From assembly GCA_024763085.1 (NCBI GenBank), contig JANTGE010000003.1:1-40826 (forward strand): a stretch of DNA of 40,826 bases, in the 5' to 3' direction. The stretch comes from Acidimicrobiia bacterium (lineage in GTDB: Bacteria; Actinomycetota; Acidimicrobiia; Spongiisociales; UBA4744). A model generated the notes under the pieces. The model was given only the letters and a program-made list of their open reading frames with translations. It made no database searches and was not told where the DNA came from. Below are positions 26,509 to 36,044 of this stretch, one piece after another; position 1 is the stretch's first letter, and each line of letters opens with the position of its first letter. The position numbers were made by a program, and so were the translations under genes.

Positions 26509-27669
26509 ATGCACTGGTACTTCACCTCCGAGTCTGTCACCGAAGGCCACCCTGACAAGGTCGCCGACCGAATATCCGATAGCGTGGTCGACCTCGTTCT
26601 CGGGTTGGATCCACGGGGAAGGGTCGCCTGTGAAACCCTCGTCACGCCAGACAGGGTGTTCGTCGCTGGAGAGATCGGAACCAGTGCCGACGTCGACAGC
26701 ACAGCGATAGAAGCCGTGGCGAGAAGCGCCATTGCCGCCGCCGGCTACGACGATCCGTCGGCGAGCTTCTCCGACAACGTCCCTATCGAGGTGCTCATCG
26801 GACCTCAGAGTCAGGACATCGCGGGCGGCGTTGCCGAGAGCTGGGAGTGGCGCCACGGATCACGGGACCCGCTCGACAAGGTCGGTGCAGGTGACCAGGG
26901 CATCATGTTCGGCTATGCGTCGAACGAGACCGACGAGCTGATGCCGGCCCCGATCCTCTACGCCCACCGGCTCGCCCGCCGCCTCGCCGAGGTACGGAAG
27001 ACCGGCAAGTTGGCCTATCTGCGTCCAGATGGCAAGACACAAGTGACGATGGAGTACCACGATGGCCGACCGATCGGCGTCAAACGTCTGCTCATCTCGG
27101 CTCAGCACGCCCCTGATGTTTCCCTGGAGGAAATGGAGCAGGACCTCTGGAACCTCGTGGTCGATCCGATCGTCGAACCGCACTTGCGAGCCGGCGACGT
27201 CGAGTTCCTGGTGAACCCGTCCGGGCGTTTCGTGTCGGGTGGGCCCGAAGCCGACACCGGACTCACCGGGAGGAAGATCATCGTTGACACCTACGGTGGG
27301 GCCGCCCACCACGGAGGCGGCTGTTTCTCCGGCAAGGATGCCACGAAGGTGGACCGTTCGGGAGCCTACGCGGCCAGGCATGCTGCCAAGGCAGTCGTTG
27401 CCGCCGGTCTCGCCGACCGTTGTGAGCTGCAGATCTCCTACGCGATCGGACGGGCGCGTCCGTTCTCGATCCGCATCGAGACGTTCGGAACCGAGCATGC
27501 CCCGTTCGAAGAGATCGAAAAGGCAGTGCTTCGCCACGACTTCCGTCCCGAGGCGATCATGGAACGGTTCGATCTTCGCCGACCGATCTACACACCCACG
27601 TCCGCCTACGGGCACTTCGGACGCCCCGAGTTCCCGTGGGAAGAGCTCGACGGAGGTTCGGCAAGCTGA
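26509..27669 (+). CDS. metK: S-adenosylmethionine synthetase
   Basis: FTSESVTEGHPDK, GAGDQG, RPDGKTQV, DTGLTGRKIIVDTYGG, GGGCFSGKDATKVDRS, AYGHFGR. Confidence 0.98.
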   Translation: MHWYFTSESVTEGHPDKVADRISDSVVDLVLGLDPRGRVACETLVTPDRVFVAGEIGTSADVDSTAIEAVARSAIAAAGYDDPSASFSDNVPIEVLIGPQSQDIAGGVAESWEWRHGSRDPLDKVGAGDQGIMFGYASNETDELMPAPILYAHRLARRLAEVRKTGKLAYLRPDGKTQVTMEYHDGRPIGVKRLLISAQHAPDVSLEEMEQDLWNLVVDPIVEPHLRAGDVEFLVNPSGRFVSGGPEADTGLTGRKIIVDTYGGAAHHGGGCFSGKDATKVDRSGAYAARHAAKAVVAAGLADRCELQISYAIGRARPFSIRIETFGTEHAPFEEIEKAVLRHDFRPEAIMERFDLRRPIYTPTSAYGHFGRPEFPWEELDGGSAS

Positions 27670-29423
27670 TCGCCACCGTCGTACCCGACGTCCCGTCCTT
27701 CTCCGTCGACGGCGGGTTCCGATATGAGGCGCTCGAGGGTACCCAGGTCGGGTCGATCGTCAGAGTGCCCCTCGCCGGACGAACGGTACGAGGCTGGGTG
27801 ACCCGCCTCGAGGAAGGTGACTCGAGCGGTCTGAAGCGCATCAAGTCGATTTCGGGGGAGCTGCCCATATTCGATGAGCGGCTACTCGAAGTGCTCCGGT
27901 GGGCCGCGTACCACTATGTGGCGCCCCTCTCGGTAATGCTGCCCCGAGCCGGTCCACCCAACCTGCCACGGATCGCCAAAGAACGACAGGGAGCACCCCC
28001 ACATGCGGCGGGCGATCATCTGCCGGCGCCGGTCAGGGAACTCACCACAGGGGCCCGGCGCCGACCCCTGTATGTCCTGGCAGGCAAAGAGGAGCAGCAA
28101 GTGGCCGCCGATGCCGTGCTCGCTGCTGCCGCTGCCGGGAGGTCGGTCATGGTGGTGCTTCCCACCGCCGCCGAAGTGGAAGGGTTCGCCGACCGCGTCG
28201 ACGACCTTGGGGGGCAGCCCCTCGTCGTATTGCCCTCCACCCCGGCGCGGGCCGCGACTCGTGCATGGAGCCAGGCCGCCACCCGGCCAGGAACGGTCAT
28301 CGTCGGTACCCACCGGATCGTGTTTTGGCCCGTCAAACAACTGGAACTGATCGTCATGATCGAAGAGGGCAGACGGGCGATGAAGGACCGCCAGACTCCT
28401 ACCGTCCACGGCAGAGATGTTGCCCGTCGGCGTGCCATCATCGAGAAATTCGGAATCCTGTATGTTGGGTCGGTTCCCTCCACCGCGCTCCTGGCTACCG
28501 GGGTTGAAGTCACCACCCTCTCCGGACATCGGCGTGCCTGGCCGCCCGTCGAGATCGTCGACCGAACCGAAGAGCCGCCCAACATAGGGCTGCTGGCAGA
28601 CCGGACCCGGGCGGCGATCGCCCAGGCCCTCCGTACCGGACGCCGTGTCTTCGTGTTTACCCATCGGCACGGCTACGCACCGGCCTCTCGGTGCGCTTCG
28701 TGCCGCACGATTCGTCTCTGTCCGGGCTGCGGTACCCGCCCCGAACCAGGCGACGTCTGCACCCGCTGCGGCGCCGCGCTCGGTCCGTGCGTCGCCTGTG
28801 GCTCACGACAGTTCGTGCCGCTTGGTGCCGGCACCGGCCGAGTGCAGGAGGAGATCCGGCGGGCGTTCGGCGACGTCGTCGGAGGCGTGGGGAGCGAAGC
28901 GTCCATCTGGGTAGGCACCGAACGAGACCTGCCGCGTCTCGGAGAAGTGTCCCTCGGGGTGGCCATCGATGCTGATGGGCTCATCCACGGCAGCGCCTAC
29001 AACGCCGCGGAAGAGGCGCTGCGGGTCCTTGCGAGACTTGCCAGTCTGATCCCGTTCGGAGACGGCCGAAGGCTCATCGTCCAAACCATCGAACCGCGCC
29101 ATCCTGTCTTGGAGACGCTCACCTCCGGGGATCCTCTGCCGTTCCTCCGCCGGGAGATCTCAGCACGGGCTCGACTCGGACTGCCGCCCGCAGGCGAGGT
29201 GCTGGTGCTCGAGGTGGCCGAGGGAACCGCCGGCGAACTGCTCGAAAGCGTCGCCACCAAGGAGGTATCGATCCTCGGGCCCGCCCTCCACCACGGACGG
29301 GAACGCTGGCTCGTCCAGGGTGCCGACTTGACCCGGTTCAAACAGACGCTCCGCCCGCTCGTGCAACGACTGAGAGACGGAGGAGCCACGGTGAGGATCG
29401 ACGTCGATCCTCTGGACCTCTAA
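27669..29423 (+). CDS. priA: Primosomal protein N' (PriA), helicase motifs degenerate; start uncertain (27636/27666/27669)
   Basis: VGSIVRVPLAGRTVRGWV 3'-DNA-binding domain, WAAYHY, HRHGYAP, four CxxC pairs, C-terminal VRIDVDPLDL; metK-priA-def synteny. Confidence 0.88.
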   Translation: MATVVPDVPSFSVDGGFRYEALEGTQVGSIVRVPLAGRTVRGWVTRLEEGDSSGLKRIKSISGELPIFDERLLEVLRWAAYHYVAPLSVMLPRAGPPNLPRIAKERQGAPPHAAGDHLPAPVRELTTGARRRPLYVLAGKEEQQVAADAVLAAAAAGRSVMVVLPTAAEVEGFADRVDDLGGQPLVVLPSTPARAATRAWSQAATRPGTVIVGTHRIVFWPVKQLELIVMIEEGRRAMKDRQTPTVHGRDVARRRAIIEKFGILYVGSVPSTALLATGVEVTTLSGHRRAWPPVEIVDRTEEPPNIGLLADRTRAAIAQALRTGRRVFVFTHRHGYAPASRCASCRTIRLCPGCGTRPEPGDVCTRCGAALGPCVACGSRQFVPLGAGTGRVQEEIRRAFGDVVGGVGSEASIWVGTERDLPRLGEVSLGVAIDADGLIHGSAYNAAEEALRVLARLASLIPFGDGRRLIVQTIEPRHPVLETLTSGDPLPFLRREISARARLGLPPAGEVLVLEVAEGTAGELLESVATKEVSILGPALHHGRERWLVQGADLTRFKQTLRPLVQRLRDGGATVRIDVDPLDL

Positions 29424-29433
29424 GCTCCAACCC

Positions 29434-29931
29434 ATGGCGATCTTCCCCATCCGAACGTTTGGCGACCCCGTGTTGCGGGCGAAGGCCGAACCGGTCGACC
29501 CGATCGACGAGAGGGTCCGCCGGCTGGTCGAAGACATGATCGAAACGATGTACGACGCGCCTGGTGTCGGCCTGGCCGCCCCGCAGATCGGGGTCTCGAA
29601 GCAGGTGTTCGTCTTCGATGCCGGTGAAGGACCAAAGGTAGTGATCAATCCGATGCTGGTAGAGACGTCGGGGGAGTGGGAATTCGAAGAGGGCTGCCTC
29701 TCGGTCCCCGGCTACTTCTGGCCGATACGACGAGCGGCGTTTGCCAGGGTGACAGGGTGGGATGAGCACGGGCGTGAAGTCGAGTACGCCGGCGACGAAC
29801 TCTTGGGTCGAGTGCTGCAGCATGAATACGACCACCTCCAGGGGATGCTCCTGCTCGAGCGCCTGGCACCCGACGTGCGCAAAGAGGCCCTCCGCCATCT
29901 ACGCGAAAGGACGCTGGGGCTGGGCTCATGA
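29434..29931 (+). CDS. def: Peptide deformylase
   Basis: GVGLAAPQIG, EGCLSVPG, QHEYDHLQG. Confidence 0.98.
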   Translation: MAIFPIRTFGDPVLRAKAEPVDPIDERVRRLVEDMIETMYDAPGVGLAAPQIGVSKQVFVFDAGEGPKVVINPMLVETSGEWEFEEGCLSVPGYFWPIRRAAFARVTGWDEHGREVEYAGDELLGRVLQHEYDHLQGMLLLERLAPDVRKEALRHLRERTLGLGS

Positions 29932-30836
29932 CCCGGGTGCTGTTCCTCGGTACGCCGACGTCGGCGGTGCCGACGCTGAAGAGGCTCGTCACCGAGTACG
30001 ACGTGGTCGGGGTGGTCACCCGTCCCGATCGGCCCAGAGGGCGATCGAACCGCCCTCAGCCGTCCCCGGTGAAGCAGGCGGCGGAGGAGCTCCACCTGCC
30101 GGTCGTGTCGTTGCGCGATGGCATCGCCGAACTTCGGCCCGAAGTGGCGGTTGTCGTCGCCTACGGGGTCATCATCAAACCCGAGACCCTCGAAGCCATC
30201 CCTCACGGTTTTCTCAATGTGCACTTTTCCCTGCTGCCTCGATGGCGGGGAGCGACACCGATCGAACATGCCCTTCTGGCCGGCGACGAAGTGACCGGGG
30301 TCACCATCATTCGCCTGGACGAGGGGCTCGACACCGGGCCCATCGTTGCTCAACGAGCCGTACCTATCGGCGAAGAAGACGACGCCTCCACGCTCACCGC
30401 CTCACTTGCCGACCTCGGAGCGGGCCTGCTCGTCGAGACACTGCCCGCCCATCTCGCCGGGACCTTGGCTCCGAGGCCCCAGGATGACGCATCGGCGACG
30501 TACGCTCCCCGCCTGCCCGACTCGGTCTTCGACCTCGATCCGGAACGACCCGCCTTCGAGCTGTGGCGAACCGTACGAGCGGCGACGACACGTCGCGGAG
30601 CGAGCATCGACCTCGACGGCCAAAGAGTGAAGATCTGGCGGGCCCGCGTCGGCGACTGCGACGCAGAACCGGGACAGGTGATCGCCGTCGAAGACGGCAT
30701 TGCCATTGGCACAGCAAGCGGCTGCCTGGTCCCCGTCGAGGTTCAGGCACCGGGACGTAAGCGCATGCCTGTCGCCGCCTGGCTGCGCGGCCTCCGGAAG
30801 ACGCCGACGGTGGCCCGGCGCCCTACACTCGACTGA
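29928..30836 (+). CDS. fmt: Methionyl-tRNA formyltransferase
   Basis: FLGTP, VVTRPDRPRGR, VVAYG, NVHFSLLPRWRGATP, GLDTGP. Confidence 0.97.
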   Translation: MTRVLFLGTPTSAVPTLKRLVTEYDVVGVVTRPDRPRGRSNRPQPSPVKQAAEELHLPVVSLRDGIAELRPEVAVVVAYGVIIKPETLEAIPHGFLNVHFSLLPRWRGATPIEHALLAGDEVTGVTIIRLDEGLDTGPIVAQRAVPIGEEDDASTLTASLADLGAGLLVETLPAHLAGTLAPRPQDDASATYAPRLPDSVFDLDPERPAFELWRTVRAATTRRGASIDLDGQRVKIWRARVGDCDAEPGQVIAVEDGIAIGTASGCLVPVEVQAPGRKRMPVAAWLRGLRKTPTVARRPTLD

Positions 30837-31495
30837 TGCGCACTCCACGAATCGCACCCTCGATCCTGTCCGCCGACTTCGGAGCTCTCGCCACGGACGT
30901 CGCCCGCGTCGAACCCGAAGCCGACCTGTTGCACCTCGACGTGATGGACGGCCACTTCGTACCCAACCTGACCTTCGGCATGCCGGTGATCAGAGCGCTT
31001 CGCCGCAGCTCGGCGCTCTTCTTCGACTGCCATCTGATGACCACCAACCCGCACGTCTACTTCGCCGATCTCCAGAAAGCCGGGGCGGATCTCGTCACCG
31101 TACACATCGAGGTGTATCCGAACCCCACCGAGGTGGCTGCGCTGGCCCGAGACCACGGCCTGTCGTTTGGCCTGGCACTCAACCCGCCTACGCCGTACGA
31201 GGCCGTCGAACCCTATCTCGACCTCGTAGACCTTCTGCTCGTCATGTCGGTGAACCCAGGGTTCGGCGGGCAATCGTTCATGCCCGAGGTGCTCAAAAAA
31301 GTCGAGCGGGCCAGAAAGGCCATTGACCTCGAGGGACTTCCTGCCGATATAGAGATCGACGGAGGCATCAGCCCCGTCACCGCTCCGCAGGCTCGCAGAG
31401 CCGGGGCCGACATCTTCGTGGCCGGAAGCTCCGTGTTCCGGACGCCAGATCCGGCCCAGGCGATCAGGGATCTGCGGGCAGCCGTAGAGGAGTGA
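30836..31495 (+). CDS. rpe: Ribulose-phosphate 3-epimerase
   Basis: IAPSILSADF, HLDVMDGHFVPNLTFG, DCHLM, MSVNPGFGGQSF, IDGGI, VAGS. Confidence 0.98.
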   Translation: MRTPRIAPSILSADFGALATDVARVEPEADLLHLDVMDGHFVPNLTFGMPVIRALRRSSALFFDCHLMTTNPHVYFADLQKAGADLVTVHIEVYPNPTEVAALARDHGLSFGLALNPPTPYEAVEPYLDLVDLLLVMSVNPGFGGQSFMPEVLKKVERARKAIDLEGLPADIEIDGGISPVTAPQARRAGADIFVAGSSVFRTPDPAQAIRDLRAAVEE

Positions 31496-31496
31496 A

Positions 31497-32426
31497 ATGG
31501 CAGAACGGATTCTGGTCGTAGACGACGACCCGGACATCCTGCAGTTCATACGGGTCAACCTCGAACTGGAGGGATTCGGGGTCGAGTTGGCGACGACCGG
31601 CGCCGACGCGATCGAGTCGGTGTCGCAACAGCCGCCCGACCTGGTACTCCTGGACGTCATGATGCCCGGGATGGACGGCTTCGGGGTACTTCGCAGACTG
31701 CGAGCGCATCCCGCCGCGGCCAACACGTCGATCATCCTCCTCACCGCCAGGACGCTGCCCGAAGACCGTATCCGGGGTCTCGAACTCGGCGCCGACGACT
31801 ACATCACGAAACCTTTCGATGTCGACGAGCTGATCGCCCGGGTGAAGGCGGTACTCAGAAGGTCGCAGACGATGCGGGACGTGTCGCCCCTCACCGGGCT
31901 TCCGGGCAACTTTCGGATTTCGCAGGAGTTGGAGCGTCGCATCCGGCAAGGGAGTCCACTGGCCATCGTCCAGGCGGACCTCGACAACTTCAAGGCCTAC
32001 AACGACCACTACGGCTTCATGCGGGGAGACCAGGTCATCAAGTTCACCGCCCATGCGCTCCTCGAAGCCGCCGCCGGATGCGGTGCCGCCGATGCGTTCG
32101 TCGGGCACATTGGAGGGGATGACTTCCTGGCCGTCGTCCACCCTGACGCCGTTGAGACCTTCTGCAAGCTGGGAATCACGACCTTCGACAACGGCATTCT
32201 GGACTTCTACGACACCGAAGACGCCCTCCGGGGCTACATCGAGGTGCCCGACCGGCGGGGAGAACAGCACGCGTTCCCGATCGTATCTATCTCGATGGGT
32301 GTCGTAACGAACCTGCATCGTCCGATCACGTCACAGTGGGAGGCCTCGGCCATCGCCGTGGAGATGAAGGAGTTCGCCAAGCAGGTGGCCGGCTCCTCCT
32401 ACCGGATCGACCGACGGACCGCCTGA
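31497..32426 (+). CDS. Response regulator with REC and GGDEF-family (GGDDF) domains; putative diguanylate cyclase
   Basis: REC: ILVVDDD, LLDVMMP, LTA, KPF. Cyclase: PLTGLPGN, DLDNFKAYNDHYG..RGD, GHIGGDDF. Confidence 0.9.
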   Translation: MAERILVVDDDPDILQFIRVNLELEGFGVELATTGADAIESVSQQPPDLVLLDVMMPGMDGFGVLRRLRAHPAAANTSIILLTARTLPEDRIRGLELGADDYITKPFDVDELIARVKAVLRRSQTMRDVSPLTGLPGNFRISQELERRIRQGSPLAIVQADLDNFKAYNDHYGFMRGDQVIKFTAHALLEAAAGCGAADAFVGHIGGDDFLAVVHPDAVETFCKLGITTFDNGILDFYDTEDALRGYIEVPDRRGEQHAFPIVSISMGVVTNLHRPITSQWEASAIAVEMKEFAKQVAGSSYRIDRRTA

Positions 32427-32446
32427 CCTCCACTACACTGGCCGTG

Positions 32447-32564
32447 CCCACCTTCAGGGCAGGGTGCAATTCCCGACCGGCGGTGAAAGCCCGCGACCCC
32501 CGACTGGGGTTGATCCGGTGGAACTCCGGAGCCGACGGTGACAGTCCGGATGGAAGAAGGCGGG
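32447..32564 (+). promoter_or_regulatory. FMN riboswitch (RFN element)
   Basis: AGGGCAGGGTGCAATTCCCGACCGGCGGT..AGCCCGCGA..GATCCGGTGGAACTCCGGAGCCGACGGT.ACAGTCCGGATGGAAGAAG with P1 CCTTC/GAAGG; -10 TACACT at 32434-39; upstream of ribD. Confidence 0.97.
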
Positions 32565-32603
32565 TGTCGTGCGTGCGCGCGCCCACCCACCAGAGAGGAC
32601 CAC

Positions 32604-33644
32604 GTGGACGCGACGCATCTCGAGAGAGCCGTCGAATTGGCGCAGCAGGCTCAGCCGCACCCGAACCCGCGGGTGGGAGCCGTCGTCGTCGACACGGCCG
32701 GCCAGGTGGTTGGAGAGGGTATGCACCGCGGCCCCGGCTCGCCTCACGCCGAGGCGGTCGCTCTCGAGGTGGCCGGGAACCGGGCAGCAGGCGGCACCCT
32801 CTACGTCACCCTGGAACCCTGTAACCATCAGGGCCGCACTCCGCCGTGCACCGACGCGATCATCGAAGCCGGCATTCGTCGGGTGGTGGCGGCGGCAGAA
32901 GACCCTGACGTTCAGGTCAGCGGACGTGGATTCGACCGGCTGCGAGCAGCCGGCATCGAAGTGGTGGTCGGCGTTCCCGGTGTAGACGGAGAGGCGGTGG
33001 ACCCTGGCTACTTCATCCACCGCCGTCTTGGCCGGCCCAGAGTCACCTTGAAAATGGCAGCCACCTTCGACGGGCAGACCGCAGCCGCCGACGGCAGTTC
33101 ACAGTGGATCACCGGCGAGGCCTCGAGGGAGGACGCCCACCGGCTCCGCTCCGAGTCGGACGCGGTGATGGTCGGAATCGGCACGGTCATCGCCGACGAT
33201 CCCCGGCTGGATGTGCGGCTCGTGGAAACTGCACGGCAGCCGCGACCTATCGTGGTCGAAGGAAAGCGCGAGGTCCCCGCCGATGCAGCGATCTTGCAGA
33301 GAGACCCACTGATCCTCAGTCCGCGGGAAGGCGGCGGACGCATAGCCGTTCCTGACGGATCCTCTGTCGACCTTCGGAGCGGCCTGCAGGAACTCGGGTC
33401 TCGGGGCATCGTCGATCTCCTCGTCGAAGGAGGTCCGGGACTCGCCGCATCGCTGTGGTCCGCCGGGCTGGTCGACAGGCTGGTGGTCTACCTCGCAGGG
33501 AAAATCGCAGGTGGGATCGGCAAGGGAATGTTTACGGACGTGTTCGCGACGATCGGACAGGCGACACCGGTGAAGATCGCCGGTGAAGAACGGCTCGGGT
33601 CCGATCTTCGCATCGAGATGGAGGTGAGATGTTTACCGGCATAG
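32604..33644 (+). CDS. ribD: Riboflavin biosynthesis deaminase/reductase RibD
   Basis: PNPRVGAVVV, HAE, YVTLEPCNHQGRTPPC, SQWITG, LLVEGGP; GTG 32604 after GAGAGGA. Confidence 0.96.
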   Translation: MDATHLERAVELAQQAQPHPNPRVGAVVVDTAGQVVGEGMHRGPGSPHAEAVALEVAGNRAAGGTLYVTLEPCNHQGRTPPCTDAIIEAGIRRVVAAAEDPDVQVSGRGFDRLRAAGIEVVVGVPGVDGEAVDPGYFIHRRLGRPRVTLKMAATFDGQTAAADGSSQWITGEASREDAHRLRSESDAVMVGIGTVIADDPRLDVRLVETARQPRPIVVEGKREVPADAAILQRDPLILSPREGGGRIAVPDGSSVDLRSGLQELGSRGIVDLLVEGGPGLAASLWSAGLVDRLVVYLAGKIAGGIGKGMFTDVFATIGQATPVKIAGEERLGSDLRIEMEVRCLPA

Positions 33645-34216
33645 TGGAAGCGCTCGGGCAGGTGCGTTCGCTCGAGATGACCGAGCGCGGGGCCCGACTG
33701 CGAGTCGAGGCGCCCCTCGAAGGGTTCGACATCGGTGACTCGGTCGCGGTCAACGGAGTCTGCCTGACCGTCGTCGAACATGACACGGAAGGCTTCTCCG
33801 TCGACGTCGTTCCCGAGACGCTCCAGCGCACCAATCTCGGTCTTCTCTCCGTGGGAGACGCCGTCGATCTGGAGCGGCCGCTCAGGAGCGACGGTCGCTT
33901 CGATGGGCACATCGTCCAGGGACATGTCGACGGTGTCGGGGAGATTCGGGACGTGATCGAAGACGATGATGGCGTGAGGATGCGAATCGGCGTCGGTGCC
34001 GACCTCGCCCGCTATATAGCCGAGAAAGGTTCCATCGCCGTCGATGGGGTGAGCCTGACCGTCACCAAAGCCGGCGATGACTGGTTCGAGGTGGCCCTGA
34101 TCCCTCACACGCTCGCTGTGACGGTGCTTGGCCGACGGACATCGAGGGACTCGGTGAACCTGGAGGTCGACATCGTAGCCAAGTACGTCGAACGGCTCTG
34201 GGGAGGTCGCCGATGA
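33629..34216 (+). CDS. ribE: Riboflavin synthase alpha chain
   Basis: [48 protein letters not shown]. Confidence 0.97.
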   Translation: MFTGIVEALGQVRSLEMTERGARLRVEAPLEGFDIGDSVAVNGVCLTVVEHDTEGFSVDVVPETLQRTNLGLLSVGDAVDLERPLRSDGRFDGHIVQGHVDGVGEIRDVIEDDDGVRMRIGVGADLARYIAEKGSIAVDGVSLTVTKAGDDWFEVALIPHTLAVTVLGRRTSRDSVNLEVDIVAKYVERLWGGRR

Positions 34217-35433
34217 GCTTCGCTCCGATCGAAGAGGCCGTCGCGGCGATGAAGGATGGACGGTTCGTGATCGTCGTCGATGACGAAGACCGGGAGAACG
34301 AGGGAGACCTCATCCTGGCGGCCGAGAAGGCCACCCCGGAGACGATCGGTTTCATGGTGCGCCACACCAGCGGCATCATCTGCGTTCCGCTGCTCGGAGA
34401 GCGACTCGACCAGCTTCGTATCCCGATGATGGTGACCCACAACACCGACCTGCGGAACACGGCCTTTACCGTCTCCGTCGACTACGCGCCCAGCACGACG
34501 ACCGGCATCTCGGCACGAGATAGGGCGGCGACGATCACCGCCATGGTCGATGAGGCCACGGCACCTGAGGACCTGACCAGGCCGGGGCACATTTTCCCGT
34601 TGCGGTACCAGCCCGGAGGTGTGTTGCGTCGTGCCGGACACACCGAGGCTGCCGTCGACCTGGCGACGCTGGCCGGGTTGTATCCGGCCGGGGTGCTTGC
34701 AGAGATCGTCAACGAAGACGGGGAGGTAGCCCGTCTGCCCGACCTCGAACGGTTCGCCAAGGAGCACGACCTCGTGATGATTTCGATCGCCGACCTCATT
34801 GCGTACCGGCGGCGGCAGCAACGCCTGGTGCGGCGCGGTGCCGAAGCAAGGCTGCCCACCGAATTCGGGGTCTTTCGCGCCATTGCCTATGAGTCGCTCA
34901 TCGACCACCGGGAACACCTGGCCCTCGTCATGGGAGAGGTCTCCGGAGAAGAGAACGTCCTCGTACGGGTGCACTCTGAATGTCTGACCGGAGACACGTT
35001 TGGCAGTCTCCGTTGCGATTGCGGGTTCCAGCTACGAGACGCCATGCGCCAGATCGCCGAGGAAGGCCAAGGGGTGCTGTTGTATCTCCGCGGCCACGAG
35101 GGTCGCGGCATCGGACTCATGCACAAACTCGAGGCGTACGCGCTGCAGGACCATGGCCGCGATACGGTCGAGGCCAACCTGGAACTTGGACTGCCGACCG
35201 ACGCCCGCGACTACGGCGTCGGTGCACAGATCCTCTCCGACCTGGGGTTGAGCACCCTCAGGTTGATGACGAACAACCCAACGAAGCGGGCCGGCATCGA
35301 GGGGTACGGACTCGAGATCGTCGAGACGGTACCGCTCGAGGTGGCGCCGAATCCTGAGAATCTCGCCTATCTCACGACGAAAGTCGAGAAACTCGGCCAC
35401 GAACTGCACCTGGAGGGACATGACCATTCGTGA
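34213..35433 (+). CDS. ribBA: Bifunctional DHBP synthase / GTP cyclohydrolase II
   Basis: [57 protein letters not shown]. Confidence 0.97.
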   Translation: MSFAPIEEAVAAMKDGRFVIVVDDEDRENEGDLILAAEKATPETIGFMVRHTSGIICVPLLGERLDQLRIPMMVTHNTDLRNTAFTVSVDYAPSTTTGISARDRAATITAMVDEATAPEDLTRPGHIFPLRYQPGGVLRRAGHTEAAVDLATLAGLYPAGVLAEIVNEDGEVARLPDLERFAKEHDLVMISIADLIAYRRRQQRLVRRGAEARLPTEFGVFRAIAYESLIDHREHLALVMGEVSGEENVLVRVHSECLTGDTFGSLRCDCGFQLRDAMRQIAEEGQGVLLYLRGHEGRGIGLMHKLEAYALQDHGRDTVEANLELGLPTDARDYGVGAQILSDLGLSTLRLMTNNPTKRAGIEGYGLEIVETVPLEVAPNPENLAYLTTKVEKLGHELHLEGHDHS

Positions 35434-35890
35434 GGTACAAGGAACCCCCGCGGGGAACGGTCTCCACGTCGGCGTCGTCGTCGCCGACTTCAACGCCTCG
35501 GTGACCGACGCCCTCCTGTCCGGAGCTCTGGAGGCTCTGGAACGACATGGGACCGACCGGGTCACCGTTGTCCACGTACCCGGGGCATGGGAACTGCCTC
35601 TCGCCGCGCAACGCCTTGCGGAGGGGGTCGATGCGGTGGTGGCCGTCGGTGCCGTGATCCTCGGGGAGACCGACCACTACCACCACGTCGCCACCCAGGC
35701 GATGGAGGGCTTGACCCGGGTGGGCCTCTCGGCCGGGAAACCCGTCACCAATGCCGTGCTGACCGTCCGCGAGTTTCGCCATGCGCAGGAGCGGTCGGAG
35801 CCGGGTCCAGGCAACAAGGGCTACGAGGCGGCCGAGGCGGCACTCGCCATGGTGTCGGTGCTGGAGCAACTCGACGGTTCCGCCTCCTGA
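35420..35890 (+). CDS. ribH: 6,7-dimethyl-8-ribityllumazine synthase
   Basis: [31 protein letters not shown]. Confidence 0.96.
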   Translation: MTIREVQGTPAGNGLHVGVVVADFNASVTDALLSGALEALERHGTDRVTVVHVPGAWELPLAAQRLAEGVDAVVAVGAVILGETDHYHHVATQAMEGLTRVGLSAGKPVTNAVLTVREFRHAQERSEPGPGNKGYEAAEAALAMVSVLEQLDGSAS

Positions 35891-35896
35891 CCCGCG

Positions 35897-35924
35897 TTGA
35901 CACGGACCTGGCGGTCCGTATACT
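35897..35924 (+). promoter_or_regulatory. Housekeeping (sigma-70/SigA) promoter TTGACA-N16-TATACT for infC-rpmI-rplT
   Basis: Near-consensus hexamers in the ribH-infC intergenic region. Confidence 0.8.
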
Positions 35925-35943
35925 GCATATGACAACCCAGGCA

Positions 35944-36030
35944 AAGCGGAGGAAGCGCTCCCACCCGGCCACCGTAGAGGTGCGCCGAGGTCCCCGAAAC
36001 GGTGGCTTGCTTCGCGATGCCGCCGTTTTT
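35944..36030 (+). promoter_or_regulatory. Putative L20-type ribosomal protein leader with alternative hairpins
   Basis: AAGCGGAGG...CTCCCACC resembles the L20 leader core; ACGGTGGC (35999-36006) can pair with GCCACCGT (35968-75) or GCCGCCGT+TTTT (36019-30). Confidence 0.6.
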
Positions 36031-36044
36031 CATAGGAGGAAGTG

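Noticed and set aside
31970-32130. Hypr (cGAMP-forming) GGDEF or Cas10-like GGDD palm
   Set aside because: The specificity position retains Asp (RGDQVI) rather than the Hypr Ser/Thr; REC-GGDEF architecture and no CRISPR context.
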